Source: Tidjanibacter sp.
Lineage (GTDB): Bacteria > Bacteroidota > Bacteroidia > Bacteroidales > Rikenellaceae
Length of the DNA: 64,000 nt
NCBI GenBank assembly: GCA_045657545.1
Contig: JAZOTH010000025.1
Coordinates: forward strand, 50,662-114,661
Reading direction: 5' to 3'
Under the pieces are notes generated by a model. The model did no database searches, had not been told where the DNA came from, and saw only the letters and a list, made by a program, of their open reading frames with translations. This document shows, in pieces, positions 45,444-54,952 of this stretch; the stretch's first letter is position 1; every line of letters begins with the position of its first letter. Both the position numbers and the translations under genes were made by a program.

Positions 45444-46820
45444 TTACAGCAGACGCTTGATGTACTTGAAGAGTTTGTAGGGCATATAGCGCAGAGGTAG
45501 GTCTATCCACTCGGGGGTGGTGACAACAGTGCGGTAGTGGGTGAAGGCATCGAAGCTATACTTGCCGTGGTAGCGGCCTATACCCGAGTTCCCAACGCCA
45601 CCAAAGGGGGCCTTGTCGTTGACAATGTGCATAATGGTGTCGCCAATGCACGCTCCGCCCGAGGTCGTGGCTCGGAGTATCTTTTCGCCCTCCTTGCGCG
45701 GGCCGAAGTAGTAGAGTGCCAGAGGGCGTGGGCGCTCACCGATGAACTCCACAACCTCCTCCCTGTTCTCGAAGGTTACAACGGGAAGTACGGGGCCGAA
45801 AATCTCCTCCTGCATAACCTTTGCGCCCATATCGCTCACCTCCAAGAGTGTGGGCTCAATGAATCGTTCCGCAGGGTTATTTCCACCGCCCAACAGCACC
45901 TTGCCCTCCGTCAGGTAGCCCGCAACGCGCTCAAAAGCTCCACTGCTGACCATACGGCCATAGTGGGCACTCTGGGCCACATCCTCGCCGTGCAACTCCC
46001 TAATGGCCTCCCCAAATGCCTCTACAAAGCTCTCTTTGAGCGAAGAGTGAATCATCAGATAGTCGGGAGCAATGCAGGTCTGGCCGGCATTGATACTCTT
46101 GCCCCAAGCAATGCGTTTGGCAGCAACCTCCACATTCGCCCCACAATCGACAATGCAAGGGCTCTTGCCTCCCAATTCGAGAACTACGGGGGTGAGATTT
46201 CGGGCCGCTGCCTCCATAACGGTGCGTCCGAGGGTGGGGGAGCCGGTGAAGAAAATTACATCGAACTTCTGTTCCAAAAGGGCCGTATTGACATCCCTAT
46301 GGCCATTGATGACCGTCACATACTGCTCCTCGAAGGTGCAACCAATCATCTGCACCAACACCTGTGCCGTGTTGGGCACCGCAGGGGAGGTCTTCAAAAT
46401 TGCCGTACAGCCCGCCGAAATTGCGCCCACAAGAGGGTTCAACAAGAGTTGTACGGGATAGTTCCACGGAGCCATAATAAGGGCTGTGCCGAGAGGTTGG
46501 CTCATAACCTTCGTGCGCGAGGGGAACATCTTGATGGGCGACGGAGTGCGCTTTGTGCGCATCCAGCCCCCGAGGTGGCGCAGGTGGTTGCGAATCTCGC
46601 CCTCCACAATGCTCAACTCGGTCATCACAGCCTCCTGGTAGGATTTGTGCAAATCTTTCCACAGAGCCTCACAAAGGGGCTTCTCCCACACTTTAAGAGC
46701 CTCGCTCAGGCGGGTTAGCTGGCGAATTCGAAACTCCTTCGAGAGAGTCGCTCCGCTATTGAAATATGCCCTCTGCGCCTCGACCTTTGCACCGAGAAAT
46801 TCGGAAAGTTGATTATTCAT
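45444..46820 (-). CDS. NAD(P)-dependent aldehyde dehydrogenase
   Basis: 458 aa with the ALDH motifs VVLELGGKSP and the catalytic region GQTCIAPDY. Confidence 0.85.
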   Translation of the reverse strand: MNNQLSEFLGAKVEAQRAYFNSGATLSKEFRIRQLTRLSEALKVWEKPLCEALWKDLHKSYQEAVMTELSIVEGEIRNHLRHLGGWMRTKRTPSPIKMFPSRTKVMSQPLGTALIMAPWNYPVQLLLNPLVGAISAGCTAILKTSPAVPNTAQVLVQMIGCTFEEQYVTVINGHRDVNTALLEQKFDVIFFTGSPTLGRTVMEAAARNLTPVVLELGGKSPCIVDCGANVEVAAKRIAWGKSINAGQTCIAPDYLMIHSSLKESFVEAFGEAIRELHGEDVAQSAHYGRMVSSGAFERVAGYLTEGKVLLGGGNNPAERFIEPTLLEVSDMGAKVMQEEIFGPVLPVVTFENREEVVEFIGERPRPLALYYFGPRKEGEKILRATTSGGACIGDTIMHIVNDKAPFGGVGNSGIGRYHGKYSFDAFTHYRTVVTTPEWIDLPLRYMPYKLFKYIKRLL

Positions 46821-46826
46821 AAGTCG

Positions 46827-47768
46827 TTATGGTACAAGTATTTTCAGCCTCTTATCCTCGATGCTGTACTTCACGGGGGTGGTACCGAGTGCCTCGCCAT
46901 CTATCTCCACATCGCGCAGCTCGTCGGAGCTAATCTCAATGGTGCGTCCCTTGTAGTTATGCACCCTCTTGACGCTATAAATCTTACCATCAAAGAGTCT
47001 GCCAACAACCGTCAGGATGCGAGGAATCGACATCGTCTCAATCACCGTAACATCCAACAGTCCATCATCGGCCACCGAGTCGGGTAGCTGCAACATACCA
47101 CTGCCATTGTACTTGCCAATGCCAATCGAGGTGCTCATAATCAGTCCCTTAGCCTCGTTCTCGCCATCAACCCTCACAGCCATACGGCACGAGCGGTAGT
47201 CCAAAACCGACTTGGCAAGCCCCGTCATATAGGACATCTTGCCATTTTTGCCCTTGTCCTTCATCTTGCACACGCGGAGATTGACAAAGGCATCCAATCC
47301 CGAGCCACTCACATTGACGCAGTAGCGACTCGCCTCATTGCCATTGTAATCCACAAAGGTAGTCTTGGCAACATCCTGCACAAACTCCTTGCCCGCAGCA
47401 ATTACGTCGATAGCTCCCTGATAGTCGCGTGGAATACCAAACGAGCGAATCCAATCGTTGCCCGTACCTACGGGAATAACTCCCATCCTAACCTGAACCG
47501 AAGGAACCTCCTGTTGCATAAGTATGCCGTTGGCTACCTCGTGAATCGTACCATCGCCACCAATCGCAATAAGGTTGCGGTAGCCGTCCTCCACAATGCC
47601 CCTCTTGGCCAACTCAATGGCGTGGTAGCGGTAGCCCGTGAAGACGGTGTCGAAGTCGATACCCTTGGCATAGAGCATACGAGCAATATGTTCCCAATCG
47701 CGCCCACAACGGCCACTGCCCGAAAGCAGATTGACAATCGCAAGCCATCTATTGTTTTTTGTACTCAT
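46827..47768 (-). CDS. diacylglycerol-kinase-family lipid kinase (YegS/BmrU-like)
   Basis: Motifs NLLSGSG, IAIGGDGTIHEV and GVIPVGTGNDW. The ATG at 47768 was chosen because the track start at 47771 is a TTG. Confidence 0.8.
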   Translation of the reverse strand: MSTKNNRWLAIVNLLSGSGRCGRDWEHIARMLYAKGIDFDTVFTGYRYHAIELAKRGIVEDGYRNLIAIGGDGTIHEVANGILMQQEVPSVQVRMGVIPVGTGNDWIRSFGIPRDYQGAIDVIAAGKEFVQDVAKTTFVDYNGNEASRYCVNVSGSGLDAFVNLRVCKMKDKGKNGKMSYMTGLAKSVLDYRSCRMAVRVDGENEAKGLIMSTSIGIGKYNGSGMLQLPDSVADDGLLDVTVIETMSIPRILTVVGRLFDGKIYSVKRVHNYKGRTIEISSDELRDVEIDGEALGTTPVKYSIEDKRLKILVP

Positions 47769-47854
47769 CAAATCTTCAATTATTTACATTAGGCGTGCGC
47801 CCCCCCGAGAGTGTGGAGGCGCACAATCCTTTATAGTTGGGCTCAACGACTACG

Positions 47855-49318
47855 CTACTTCAAAGGAGCGTGCTCCAAAGTGTAGCAGAGGTAGTTGTAG
47901 AACTTCTCAACCGATGCAATATTCACCTTCTCGTCGGGCGAGTGGGGGTAGCAAATGGTGGGGCCAAACGAAATCATATCCATCTTGGGATATACGCCAC
48001 CAATGATACCGCACTCCAAACCTGCGTGGATGGCCATAATCTCGGGCTTCTTGCCGTAGAGTGCCTGATAGCCCTCCTGCATAGTGTGGAGAATTGCCGA
48101 CTCGGGGTTGGGATTCCAACCATCGTAGGCACCGCTCAACTTAACACTCGCACCCGCCATCTCGCAAACGGTCTTCATCTGCTGTGCCAAAGCCTCCTTC
48201 TCGCTACGAACCGAAGAGCGCAAGAGGCAGAGAATGTTGAATTTACCCTTCTCCGAAACTACCCTTGCAAGGTTGGTCGAAGTCTGTACCAAACCGGGCA
48301 TAGTGGTGCTCATCTTCACAATGCCGTTGGGCAGACCTACAACTGCGTCAATCAAGTCCTGAGTGTCGAAAATATCAATGCACTTCGAGGGGCACTTAAC
48401 GGGCACAGCCTTGAACGAAATGCTATCCTCAATGCCCTTAAACTCGCTCTGGTAGAGTTTCTCGTAGCGTTTAACGGCTGCAAGGAACTTCTTCTCATAC
48501 TGTTTCAGCACAGCAACGGTTGCGAATGCCTCCCTGGGGATAGCGTTCCTCAAACCGCCACCATCAATATCGCACAACAGAATGCCGAATTTGTCCATAA
48601 AGGTCTTCAAGAAGCGGCACATAAGTTTGTTGGAGTTGGCCCTTTGGAGGATAATCTCCATACCCGAGTGGCCACCCTTCAAACCCTTGATTTCGAGCCT
48701 ATAACCGCTGAAATCGCTCTTCAAAATGCGACCTGTACCGTAGCGAAGTGTGGCGTTGAAGTCCATACCACCTGCGCAACCAACATACAACTCGCCCTCG
48801 GTCTCGGAGTCCATATTCAAGAGAATCTCACCCTTCAACTGACCAGCCTTCAAACCAAAGGCACCATCCATACCGGTCTCCTCGGTGGCGGTGAAGAGTG
48901 CCTCGATGGGGCCGTGTTTGAGATCTTTTGCCTCCAAAACAGCCATCATAGCAGCTACACCAATACCATTATCAGCACCAAGAGTTGTGCCATTGGCAGT
49001 TACCCAATCACCATCAATGTAGGCCTCAATGGCGTCGGTGTCGAAGTTGAACTCTTTGTCGGAGTTCTTCTGGGGTACCATATCGACGTGCGATTGGAGA
49101 ACGATGGTCTTGCGGTTCTCCATACCGGCAGTGGCGGGCTTCTTAACCAAGATGTTGTGAGCCTCATCCTCCGAGTACTCCAAGCCTAAGCCTTTGACGA
49201 ACTCGATGATGTATTTACGAGCAGCCTCCTCGTTGTGCGAAGGGCGGGGGCATTTGGTAAGGCCCTCAAAGTTTTTCCAAACCGCTGCGGGAGCGAGTTT
49301 CGAGAGATTTTTGTCCAT
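47855..49318 (-). CDS. pepD: aminoacyl-histidine (Xaa-His) dipeptidase
   Basis: 487 aa, M20-family. Motifs QSHVDMVPQKN, LGADNGIG and ATEETGMDGA. Confidence 0.85.
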   Translation of the reverse strand: MDKNLSKLAPAAVWKNFEGLTKCPRPSHNEEAARKYIIEFVKGLGLEYSEDEAHNILVKKPATAGMENRKTIVLQSHVDMVPQKNSDKEFNFDTDAIEAYIDGDWVTANGTTLGADNGIGVAAMMAVLEAKDLKHGPIEALFTATEETGMDGAFGLKAGQLKGEILLNMDSETEGELYVGCAGGMDFNATLRYGTGRILKSDFSGYRLEIKGLKGGHSGMEIILQRANSNKLMCRFLKTFMDKFGILLCDIDGGGLRNAIPREAFATVAVLKQYEKKFLAAVKRYEKLYQSEFKGIEDSISFKAVPVKCPSKCIDIFDTQDLIDAVVGLPNGIVKMSTTMPGLVQTSTNLARVVSEKGKFNILCLLRSSVRSEKEALAQQMKTVCEMAGASVKLSGAYDGWNPNPESAILHTMQEGYQALYGKKPEIMAIHAGLECGIIGGVYPKMDMISFGPTICYPHSPDEKVNIASVEKFYNYLCYTLEHAPLK

Positions 49319-49353
49319 AATAGTCGATGTTTTTAGTTTTTATGTTTAGTTGT

Positions 49354-50322
49354 TTAATTATTTTCCGTTTCGTTCTCATCGGCACTCTTGCCCTCGAAAG
49401 CCCTCACGATGCGGCTCACGAGCGAGTGGCGAATGATATCCTTATTGTCGAACTCCACAATACCGATGCCATCAATTCCTCGCAACATCTCCACAGTGCG
49501 AGCCAACCCCGAATCGCTCTTCTTGGGTAGGTCTATCTGTGTAAGGTCGCCCGTAACGATGAACTTGGCATTGCGGCCCATTCGCGTCAGGAACATCTTA
49601 ATCTGGGGCAGGGTAGTGTTCTGTGCCTCGTCGAGTATGACGAAGGCGTTGTCGAGCGTGCGGCCCCTCATATATGCCAGCGGAGCAATCTGCACCACTC
49701 CCTCCTCAATGAATTTCTGCAACTTGGCGGGCGGAATCATATCGTTCAGCGCGTCATACAAGGGTTGCAGGTAGGGGTCCAATTTCTCCTTCAAGTCACC
49801 TGGAAGAAAACCGAGCCTCTCGCCCGCCTCGACCGCAGGGCGAGTGAGGATGATGCGCTTTACCTCACGGTTTTTGAGCGCACCCACTGCAAGTGCAATG
49901 GCGGTGTAGGTCTTGCCGCTACCCGCGGGACCTACTGCCATAAGCAAGTCGTTGGACTTATATAGTTCAACGAGTCGTTGTTGGTTTTTAGTACGCGCCT
50001 TGACGATAAGTCCGTTATTTCCATAGACAATCACATCGGCATCCGCCACTTCGCTCTCTGCGTGGGGCAGTCCGCCCTGGAAAATCTGGTTAATAACGCT
50101 CACCGAAACGTGGCCGTACTTGTCGTAGTACAGCACCAAAGCCTCCAACCTCTCCTCCAAACGTGCAATCTCGTCATCGCTACCAATAGCCTTAATGGCA
50201 TTGCCACGCGCTACGAGTTTGAGCTTAGGAAAAAGGTCGCAAATCCTGTTGAAGTTAGAATTTGCGACCCCATAGAAGTCGAGAAGCCCAATACCGTCAA
50301 TAGATATATTCTTCTCTGCCAT
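49354..50322 (-). CDS. phoH: PhoH-family ATPase
   Basis: Motifs GPAGSGKTYTAIALAV, ILTRPAVEAGERLGFLPGD and DEAQN. Confidence 0.88.
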   Translation of the reverse strand: MAEKNISIDGIGLLDFYGVANSNFNRICDLFPKLKLVARGNAIKAIGSDDEIARLEERLEALVLYYDKYGHVSVSVINQIFQGGLPHAESEVADADVIVYGNNGLIVKARTKNQQRLVELYKSNDLLMAVGPAGSGKTYTAIALAVGALKNREVKRIILTRPAVEAGERLGFLPGDLKEKLDPYLQPLYDALNDMIPPAKLQKFIEEGVVQIAPLAYMRGRTLDNAFVILDEAQNTTLPQIKMFLTRMGRNAKFIVTGDLTQIDLPKKSDSGLARTVEMLRGIDGIGIVEFDNKDIIRHSLVSRIVRAFEGKSADENETENN

Positions 50323-50341
50323 TTATCTTGAAATCAATCGC

Positions 50342-50977
50342 TTAGAACATCATACCAAGCGACACATACCAAGTGTTGGTCTCAGGATTTACATTGTTGA
50401 AGTTGAAAAGCTCGGCAATGTTACGGGGCTCAACAAGCCAGCCACCCAAATAACGGAAATCAACCATAAGGAAGTTGAAGAGGTCGATACCTACACCGGC
50501 TGCCCAAGTGTACGATACGTCGTTCCAGTTGATGCCCGCAACATTGGCATTCTCACCGGTGAGTGCCATATTGGAGTTGAACTTAACAACGGGACCAGCC
50601 TGAACGCGAGCGTTGAACAAGCCGAGGTCGAGACCTGCACCAGCCATCACGGGAATGGAGAACTCATTGAGAGTGATGTCCTGCTTAACGCCATTTTCGC
50701 TGTTCTGGAACTGACCTTTCTTCCAGTTATACATAACCTCGGGCTGCAAGTGGAGCGAGAAGATACCCAGAGGTGCATTGAGGCGGAACATAAGGCCTGC
50801 ATTGTAGCCCATTGCACCATCAAATACGCCCTGGATGCTCTCACCATCCATCTGAATGCCGGTTGCCGAAGAGGTCAAGCCAGCTTTGGCACCAACCCAA
50901 AACCACCTGTGGCTCTGAGCATTAACGGTAGTGATTGCCATAAGAGCAACAGCTACCATCATAATCACTTTTTTCAT
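50342..50977 (-). CDS. small outer-membrane beta-barrel protein
   Basis: 211 aa with signal peptide ...TTVNAQ, alternating beta pattern, and C-terminal YVSLGMMF. Confidence 0.7.
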   Translation of the reverse strand: MKKVIMMVAVALMAITTVNAQSHRWFWVGAKAGLTSSATGIQMDGESIQGVFDGAMGYNAGLMFRLNAPLGIFSLHLQPEVMYNWKKGQFQNSENGVKQDITLNEFSIPVMAGAGLDLGLFNARVQAGPVVKFNSNMALTGENANVAGINWNDVSYTWAAGVGIDLFNFLMVDFRYLGGWLVEPRNIAELFNFNNVNPETNTWYVSLGMMF

Positions 50978-51117
50978 AACTTTTGTTTGGTATTATTAGT
51001 TGAACTTAATTTATCTTTCGTGCTTAACTCTATGGTTGTGCCACAAATATAATAATTTTTTCCAAACAACTCTATTTTATTGAGTTATTTTCGTTTGGAG
51101 GTATTTTTATGGTGCAA

Positions 51118-51765
51118 TTAGAACATTACACCAATGCTCAAATTCCAGCTTGTGCGGTTGGTGTTGATGCTGTCTGCCAAGTTGTCGGCCTTGATTTCGC
51201 CACTATTGAAACTGCCGTTGTAGCGAATCTCGGCAATCAGGGAGAGAACCTTCACACCCAAACCTGCTGTCCAAGTTGCTTTGGGCTCCTGATAGGCGTG
51301 AATGAAATCCTCCTCGGTCAAGTCACCGAAGCCTTTCTCGGAGGTGATGGCAAATACGGGGCCTGCGTTGATTCTTACGCTCGCAAGGCTACCCAAACCA
51401 AACTCTGCGCCCAAGAGGATGGGGAGGTCGATATATTTGTGCGATTCGGGCTCGGGAGCTTTCTCGCCGGGTAGCAAGTCGTTAATCGAGGGAATTTTGA
51501 TAGTGGTGTTGGTGTATTGCAACTCGGGCTGGATGTAGAGGGGGAGTTTTGGCAGGTTAATACGCGCAAATACGGTGCCTGTCCAGCCTGTACCCTCGGC
51601 AGTGATAGACTCTTTGAGTTGATCCTCATTCATTGGAATACTCTCGCTCGAAGAGATGATGCCGATTCGGGCACCCACGTTGAAGAGGCCAAGAATGTTA
51701 TTGTTTGCACTTACAGAGAGTAGTGTGCACATCACAGCAAGGAGTGTGAGAGTGATTTTTTTCAT
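51118..51765 (-). CDS. small outer-membrane beta-barrel protein (paralogue of 50342-50977)
   Basis: 215 aa from MKKITLTLLAVMCTLLSVSA, with C-terminal NLSIGVMF. The track's N-terminal 19 codons were discarded. Confidence 0.7.
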   Translation of the reverse strand: MKKITLTLLAVMCTLLSVSANNNILGLFNVGARIGIISSSESIPMNEDQLKESITAEGTGWTGTVFARINLPKLPLYIQPELQYTNTTIKIPSINDLLPGEKAPEPESHKYIDLPILLGAEFGLGSLASVRINAGPVFAITSEKGFGDLTEEDFIHAYQEPKATWTAGLGVKVLSLIAEIRYNGSFNSGEIKADNLADSINTNRTSWNLSIGVMF

Positions 51766-51912
51766 AGTGTTATAGAATTTTGAAGGGTGATACCTAAATT
51801 TATATGGACCTTTACGATACAAATATAGTATATATTTTCAAAAATGGTGCAAAAGATGGAAAATTTCTTAAAGTTCCTTATCTTTGCGCTCGAAATCAAA
51901 AGAAGCAGAGTT

Positions 51913-53214
51913 ATGAGTTTAGTCGCAATCGTTGGTCGCCCCAATGTGGGCAAAAGTACATTTTTCAACCGTTTGGTGGGTATGCGTCAGGCAATTGTCG
52001 ATTCTACGGCAGGCACTACTCGCGACCGCCACTATGGTAAAACCGATTGGAACGGTAGGGAGTTTTCGCTGATTGATACGGGTGGTTACTCGGTGGGTAG
52101 CGATGATGCCTTCGAGGAGGAGATTCGCAAACAGGTACACCTTGCAATTGACGAGGCCGACCTGATTCTCTTTATGGTGGAGGTTTCGACCGGTATTACC
52201 GACCTTGATCAGATGGTTGCCGATGTGTTGCGTCGTAGCAAAAAGCCCGCTCTCTTGGTTGTGAATAAGGTTGATAACTACGAGCTTATATATGGCTCCA
52301 ACGAGTTCTATGCTCTTGGCCTGGGTGACCCCTACTGCATCAGTTCGATGAGTGGTAGCGGTACGGGCGATTTGATGGATAAGATTGTGGAGATGTTGCC
52401 CGAGGATAAGCCCGAGGTTGTGGAGGAACTCCCCCGTATCACTATTGTGGGCCGCCCCAATGTGGGTAAATCGTCGCTCACCAACGCACTTCTTGGTACC
52501 GAGAGGAATATTGTGACCAACATTGCAGGTACCACTCGCGACAGTATCAACACTCGCTACAATAAGTTCGGCTTGGATTTCTACCTTGTCGATACGGCAG
52601 GTCTGCGCAAGAAGGGTAAAGTGACCGAAGACCTTGAATTCTACTCGGTTATGCGCTCCATTAGGGCCATCGAAAACTCCGATGTATGCGTGTTGATGTT
52701 GGATGCGCGTCAGGGTATCGAGTCGCAGGATATGAATATCTTTTCGCTCATTGTTCGCAACAAAAAAGGTTGTGTAATTGTGGTCAATAAGTGGGACTTG
52801 ATTGAGAAGAGTAACAACACAATGAAGGAGTGGAAGGAGGCTCTGTTGTCCAAACTCGCACCCTTCAACGATGTGCCCATCATCTTCACTTCGGTGATTA
52901 ACAAACAGCGCATTATGGATGTGTTGCAGACCGCAATCAAGGTGCACGAGGCCCGCTCGCGTCGCATCTCGACCAGCGAGTTGAATGAGTATCTGCTGCC
53001 TATTATTGAGGAGACACCTCCTCCAATGACCAAGGGTAAGTACATTAAAATCAAGTATATCACTCAGCTTCCCACCGTAACGCCCTCGTTTGCGTTCTTT
53101 GTGAATCTGCCCCAATACATTCGCGATCACTATCGTCGATTCTTGGAGAATAAGATTCGTGAGCATTGGGATTTCTGTGGGGTGCCGATGCAGATATACT
53201 TCCGCCAAAAATAA
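51913..53214 (+). CDS. der: ribosome-associated GTPase Der/EngA
   Basis: Two GTPase domains (GRPNVGKST twice) and a KH-like C-terminus. The start was chosen at MSLVAIVG. Confidence 0.9.
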   Translation: MSLVAIVGRPNVGKSTFFNRLVGMRQAIVDSTAGTTRDRHYGKTDWNGREFSLIDTGGYSVGSDDAFEEEIRKQVHLAIDEADLILFMVEVSTGITDLDQMVADVLRRSKKPALLVVNKVDNYELIYGSNEFYALGLGDPYCISSMSGSGTGDLMDKIVEMLPEDKPEVVEELPRITIVGRPNVGKSSLTNALLGTERNIVTNIAGTTRDSINTRYNKFGLDFYLVDTAGLRKKGKVTEDLEFYSVMRSIRAIENSDVCVLMLDARQGIESQDMNIFSLIVRNKKGCVIVVNKWDLIEKSNNTMKEWKEALLSKLAPFNDVPIIFTSVINKQRIMDVLQTAIKVHEARSRRISTSELNEYLLPIIEETPPPMTKGKYIKIKYITQLPTVTPSFAFFVNLPQYIRDHYRRFLENKIREHWDFCGVPMQIYFRQK

Positions 53215-53248
53215 TCAAGAGGCATCTTGCGGGTAAATTTTGCACCGC

Positions 53249-53324
53249 ACTGCGATAGGCGAGTTCCTCATTTGCGAAGAGCAAACTGCGGACTCGCCTT
53301 CTTGTTTGGCACAAAATTTCCTCC
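53249..53324 (+). repeat. intergenic hairpin-repeat element, copy 2 (contains the der terminator)
   Basis: ACTGCGATAGGCGAGTTCCTCATTT...AAACTGCGGACTCGCC TTCTTGTTTGGCACAAAATTTCCTCC. The stem is GGCGAGT(T)CC / GGACTCGCC. Confidence 0.75.
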
Positions 53325-53426
53325 GCAATCTACCTCCTGCTGCGAAAAGTATCTTTCGGAGGCTATGCCTGCTTTGGTTTCAACCCATTTTTTGTTACCT
53401 TTGCGATGGTCTAATAGAAGAGAGCA

Positions 53427-54314
53427 ATGAATCCTAAAATAAGGACATATTCGATGCCTGTTGCGATGGTGGTTGGTGCTTTGTTGCACAAGCCTATCGC
53501 GGGCCTTGATGTGCTCTCACCCTACCTTATTGCAGCGATGCTTTTTGTGACATTCACGAGGGTTAAAGCGCGCGAACTGAAACTCCAACGAATCCACGCG
53601 GGACAAATTGCAATTCAGCTTATTGGCAGTATTCTGCTCTACCTTTTGTTGAAGTGGTGTGGAGTGAATGAAATCATCAGTCAGGGAGCCTTGATTTGCG
53701 TCTTTATACCCACTGCTATGGCCTCTGTTGTAGTGGGTGGAATGTTGGGTGCCAATGTCACCACAATGACCACTTTTACACTCCTCTCGAACCTGTCGGT
53801 GGCGGTGGTAGCACCTGTGGTTTTCTCCTTTGTCGGCACCAATACGGAGCTCCCATTTTTAACCTCATTTTGGCTCGTTTTCCGTAGGCTGTTGATGCTT
53901 GTTGTTATGCCATTTGTGGCGGCTCAACTATTGGATAGAGTGGCGCCAAAGGCCTATGAATATGTCCAAAATCACCAATCGTGGTCGTTCTATTTGTGGC
54001 TCTGCTCGCTCACAATTCTCATCTCTTCGACCACCAAATTTATCCTTACCCAACCTGTGGAGAGTGTTGGCTTGGAACTTATTATGGCAGCGATGGCGGG
54101 TGCGCTGTGCATTGGCCAATTTGCCATTGGTAGGTGGTGGGGCAAGAGGTGCGGTGACAAAGTTGCGGGCGGTCAGTCGGTGGGGCAGAAGAATACACTG
54201 CTTGCTATATTGCTGGCGCAGAGCTATCTACATCCACTCTCTTCGGTGGCCCCTGCGGCCTACATCGTTTGGCAGAATATCATAAATAGTATTCAACTAT
54301 CTCGCAAAAAATAG
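53427..54314 (+). CDS. polytopic membrane transporter, bile-acid:Na+ symporter (BASS/SBF)-like
   Basis: 295 aa with about 9-10 hydrophobic helices and a two-fold repeat pattern. The family assignment is by resemblance only. Confidence 0.5.
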   Translation: MNPKIRTYSMPVAMVVGALLHKPIAGLDVLSPYLIAAMLFVTFTRVKARELKLQRIHAGQIAIQLIGSILLYLLLKWCGVNEIISQGALICVFIPTAMASVVVGGMLGANVTTMTTFTLLSNLSVAVVAPVVFSFVGTNTELPFLTSFWLVFRRLLMLVVMPFVAAQLLDRVAPKAYEYVQNHQSWSFYLWLCSLTILISSTTKFILTQPVESVGLELIMAAMAGALCIGQFAIGRWWGKRCGDKVAGGQSVGQKNTLLAILLAQSYLHPLSSVAPAAYIVWQNIINSIQLSRKK

Positions 54315-54349
54315 AGAGCAACTTTCGGGAGTTGCTCTCTATTTTTTTT
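54313..54349. terminator. bidirectional terminator
   Basis: AGAGAGCAAC tttcggga GTTGCTCTCT, flanked by A-runs and T-runs on both sides. Confidence 0.75.
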
Positions 54350-54481
54350 CTACTCTACCTCCTCTTGTTCGGGAGGGGGACAGCCGTACATACCCGAAGG
54401 CTCCGGCTCACAAGCCACAAGGGTTGCGACACCCACAAATCCCAGGGCCCAAATCAACCATCGTGCAATTCGCTTTTTCAT
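54350..54481 (-). CDS. 43-codon mini-lipoprotein ORF carrying only signal peptide, lipobox and MYGCP motif (not in the ORF track)
   Basis: Own translation: MKKRIARWLIWALGFVGVATLVACEPEPSGMYGCPPPEQEEVE. It starts 3 nt after the stop of the upstream paralogue and ends at the terminator. Confidence 0.45.
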   Translation of the reverse strand: MKKRIARWLIWALGFVGVATLVACEPEPSGMYGCPPPEQEEVE

Positions 54482-54484
54482 AGA

Positions 54485-54949
54485 CTACTCGTTCTTCTTA
54501 TTGAGTTTTATGGTGATTTCCTCGGTTGCTTGGCCCTCATACCATGGGCCATCGCCATTGGCGTAGTCACTCTCCGAGGTGGTTACAACAACCGATGCGG
54601 AGTCGAAAGCTCCATTTGCCTCGCCATCCACATCATCGGCCACGAGAGTGTGTTTGTCGGTAGGCATTCTTCCAACTTGCAAACGCACCTTGCCATTGGG
54701 TTGTGTGAGTCCCACAGCGAGGGTGTCGGTGTATTGCTCGCTATATTTCTCGATGACGCTCACGCGAATGCCCTCAATCGGTGCATCATTCTCACTATCA
54801 ACCACATCCACGTCGAAATTGTACTCCGCATAGGGGCAACCATACTCTGGTGCGGGCATTGGACAGCCGTACATATCGGGCCCATCGCACGAGGTGTAGG
54901 CTCCAAATCCAAGTGCCACCATTAGGAATTTCAGAATTTTGCTTTTCAT
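54485..54949 (-). CDS. small surface lipoprotein, MYGCP-motif family
   Basis: 154 aa: lipobox AYTSCDGPD, MYGCP...YGCPYAEYNFDVDVVDSENDAPIEGIRVS, VADDVDGEANGAFDSASVVV, WYEGQAT, KLNKKNE. Confidence 0.75.
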   Translation of the reverse strand: MKSKILKFLMVALGFGAYTSCDGPDMYGCPMPAPEYGCPYAEYNFDVDVVDSENDAPIEGIRVSVIEKYSEQYTDTLAVGLTQPNGKVRLQVGRMPTDKHTLVADDVDGEANGAFDSASVVVTTSESDYANGDGPWYEGQATEEITIKLNKKNE

Positions 54950-54952
54950 AGG

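Noticed and set aside
53227-53437. Small plus-strand ORFs (67 and 65 aa) between der and the transporter gene.
   Set aside because: They lie entirely within the repeat and terminator region, are Cys/Arg-rich, and have no signal or motif. They are most likely non-coding.
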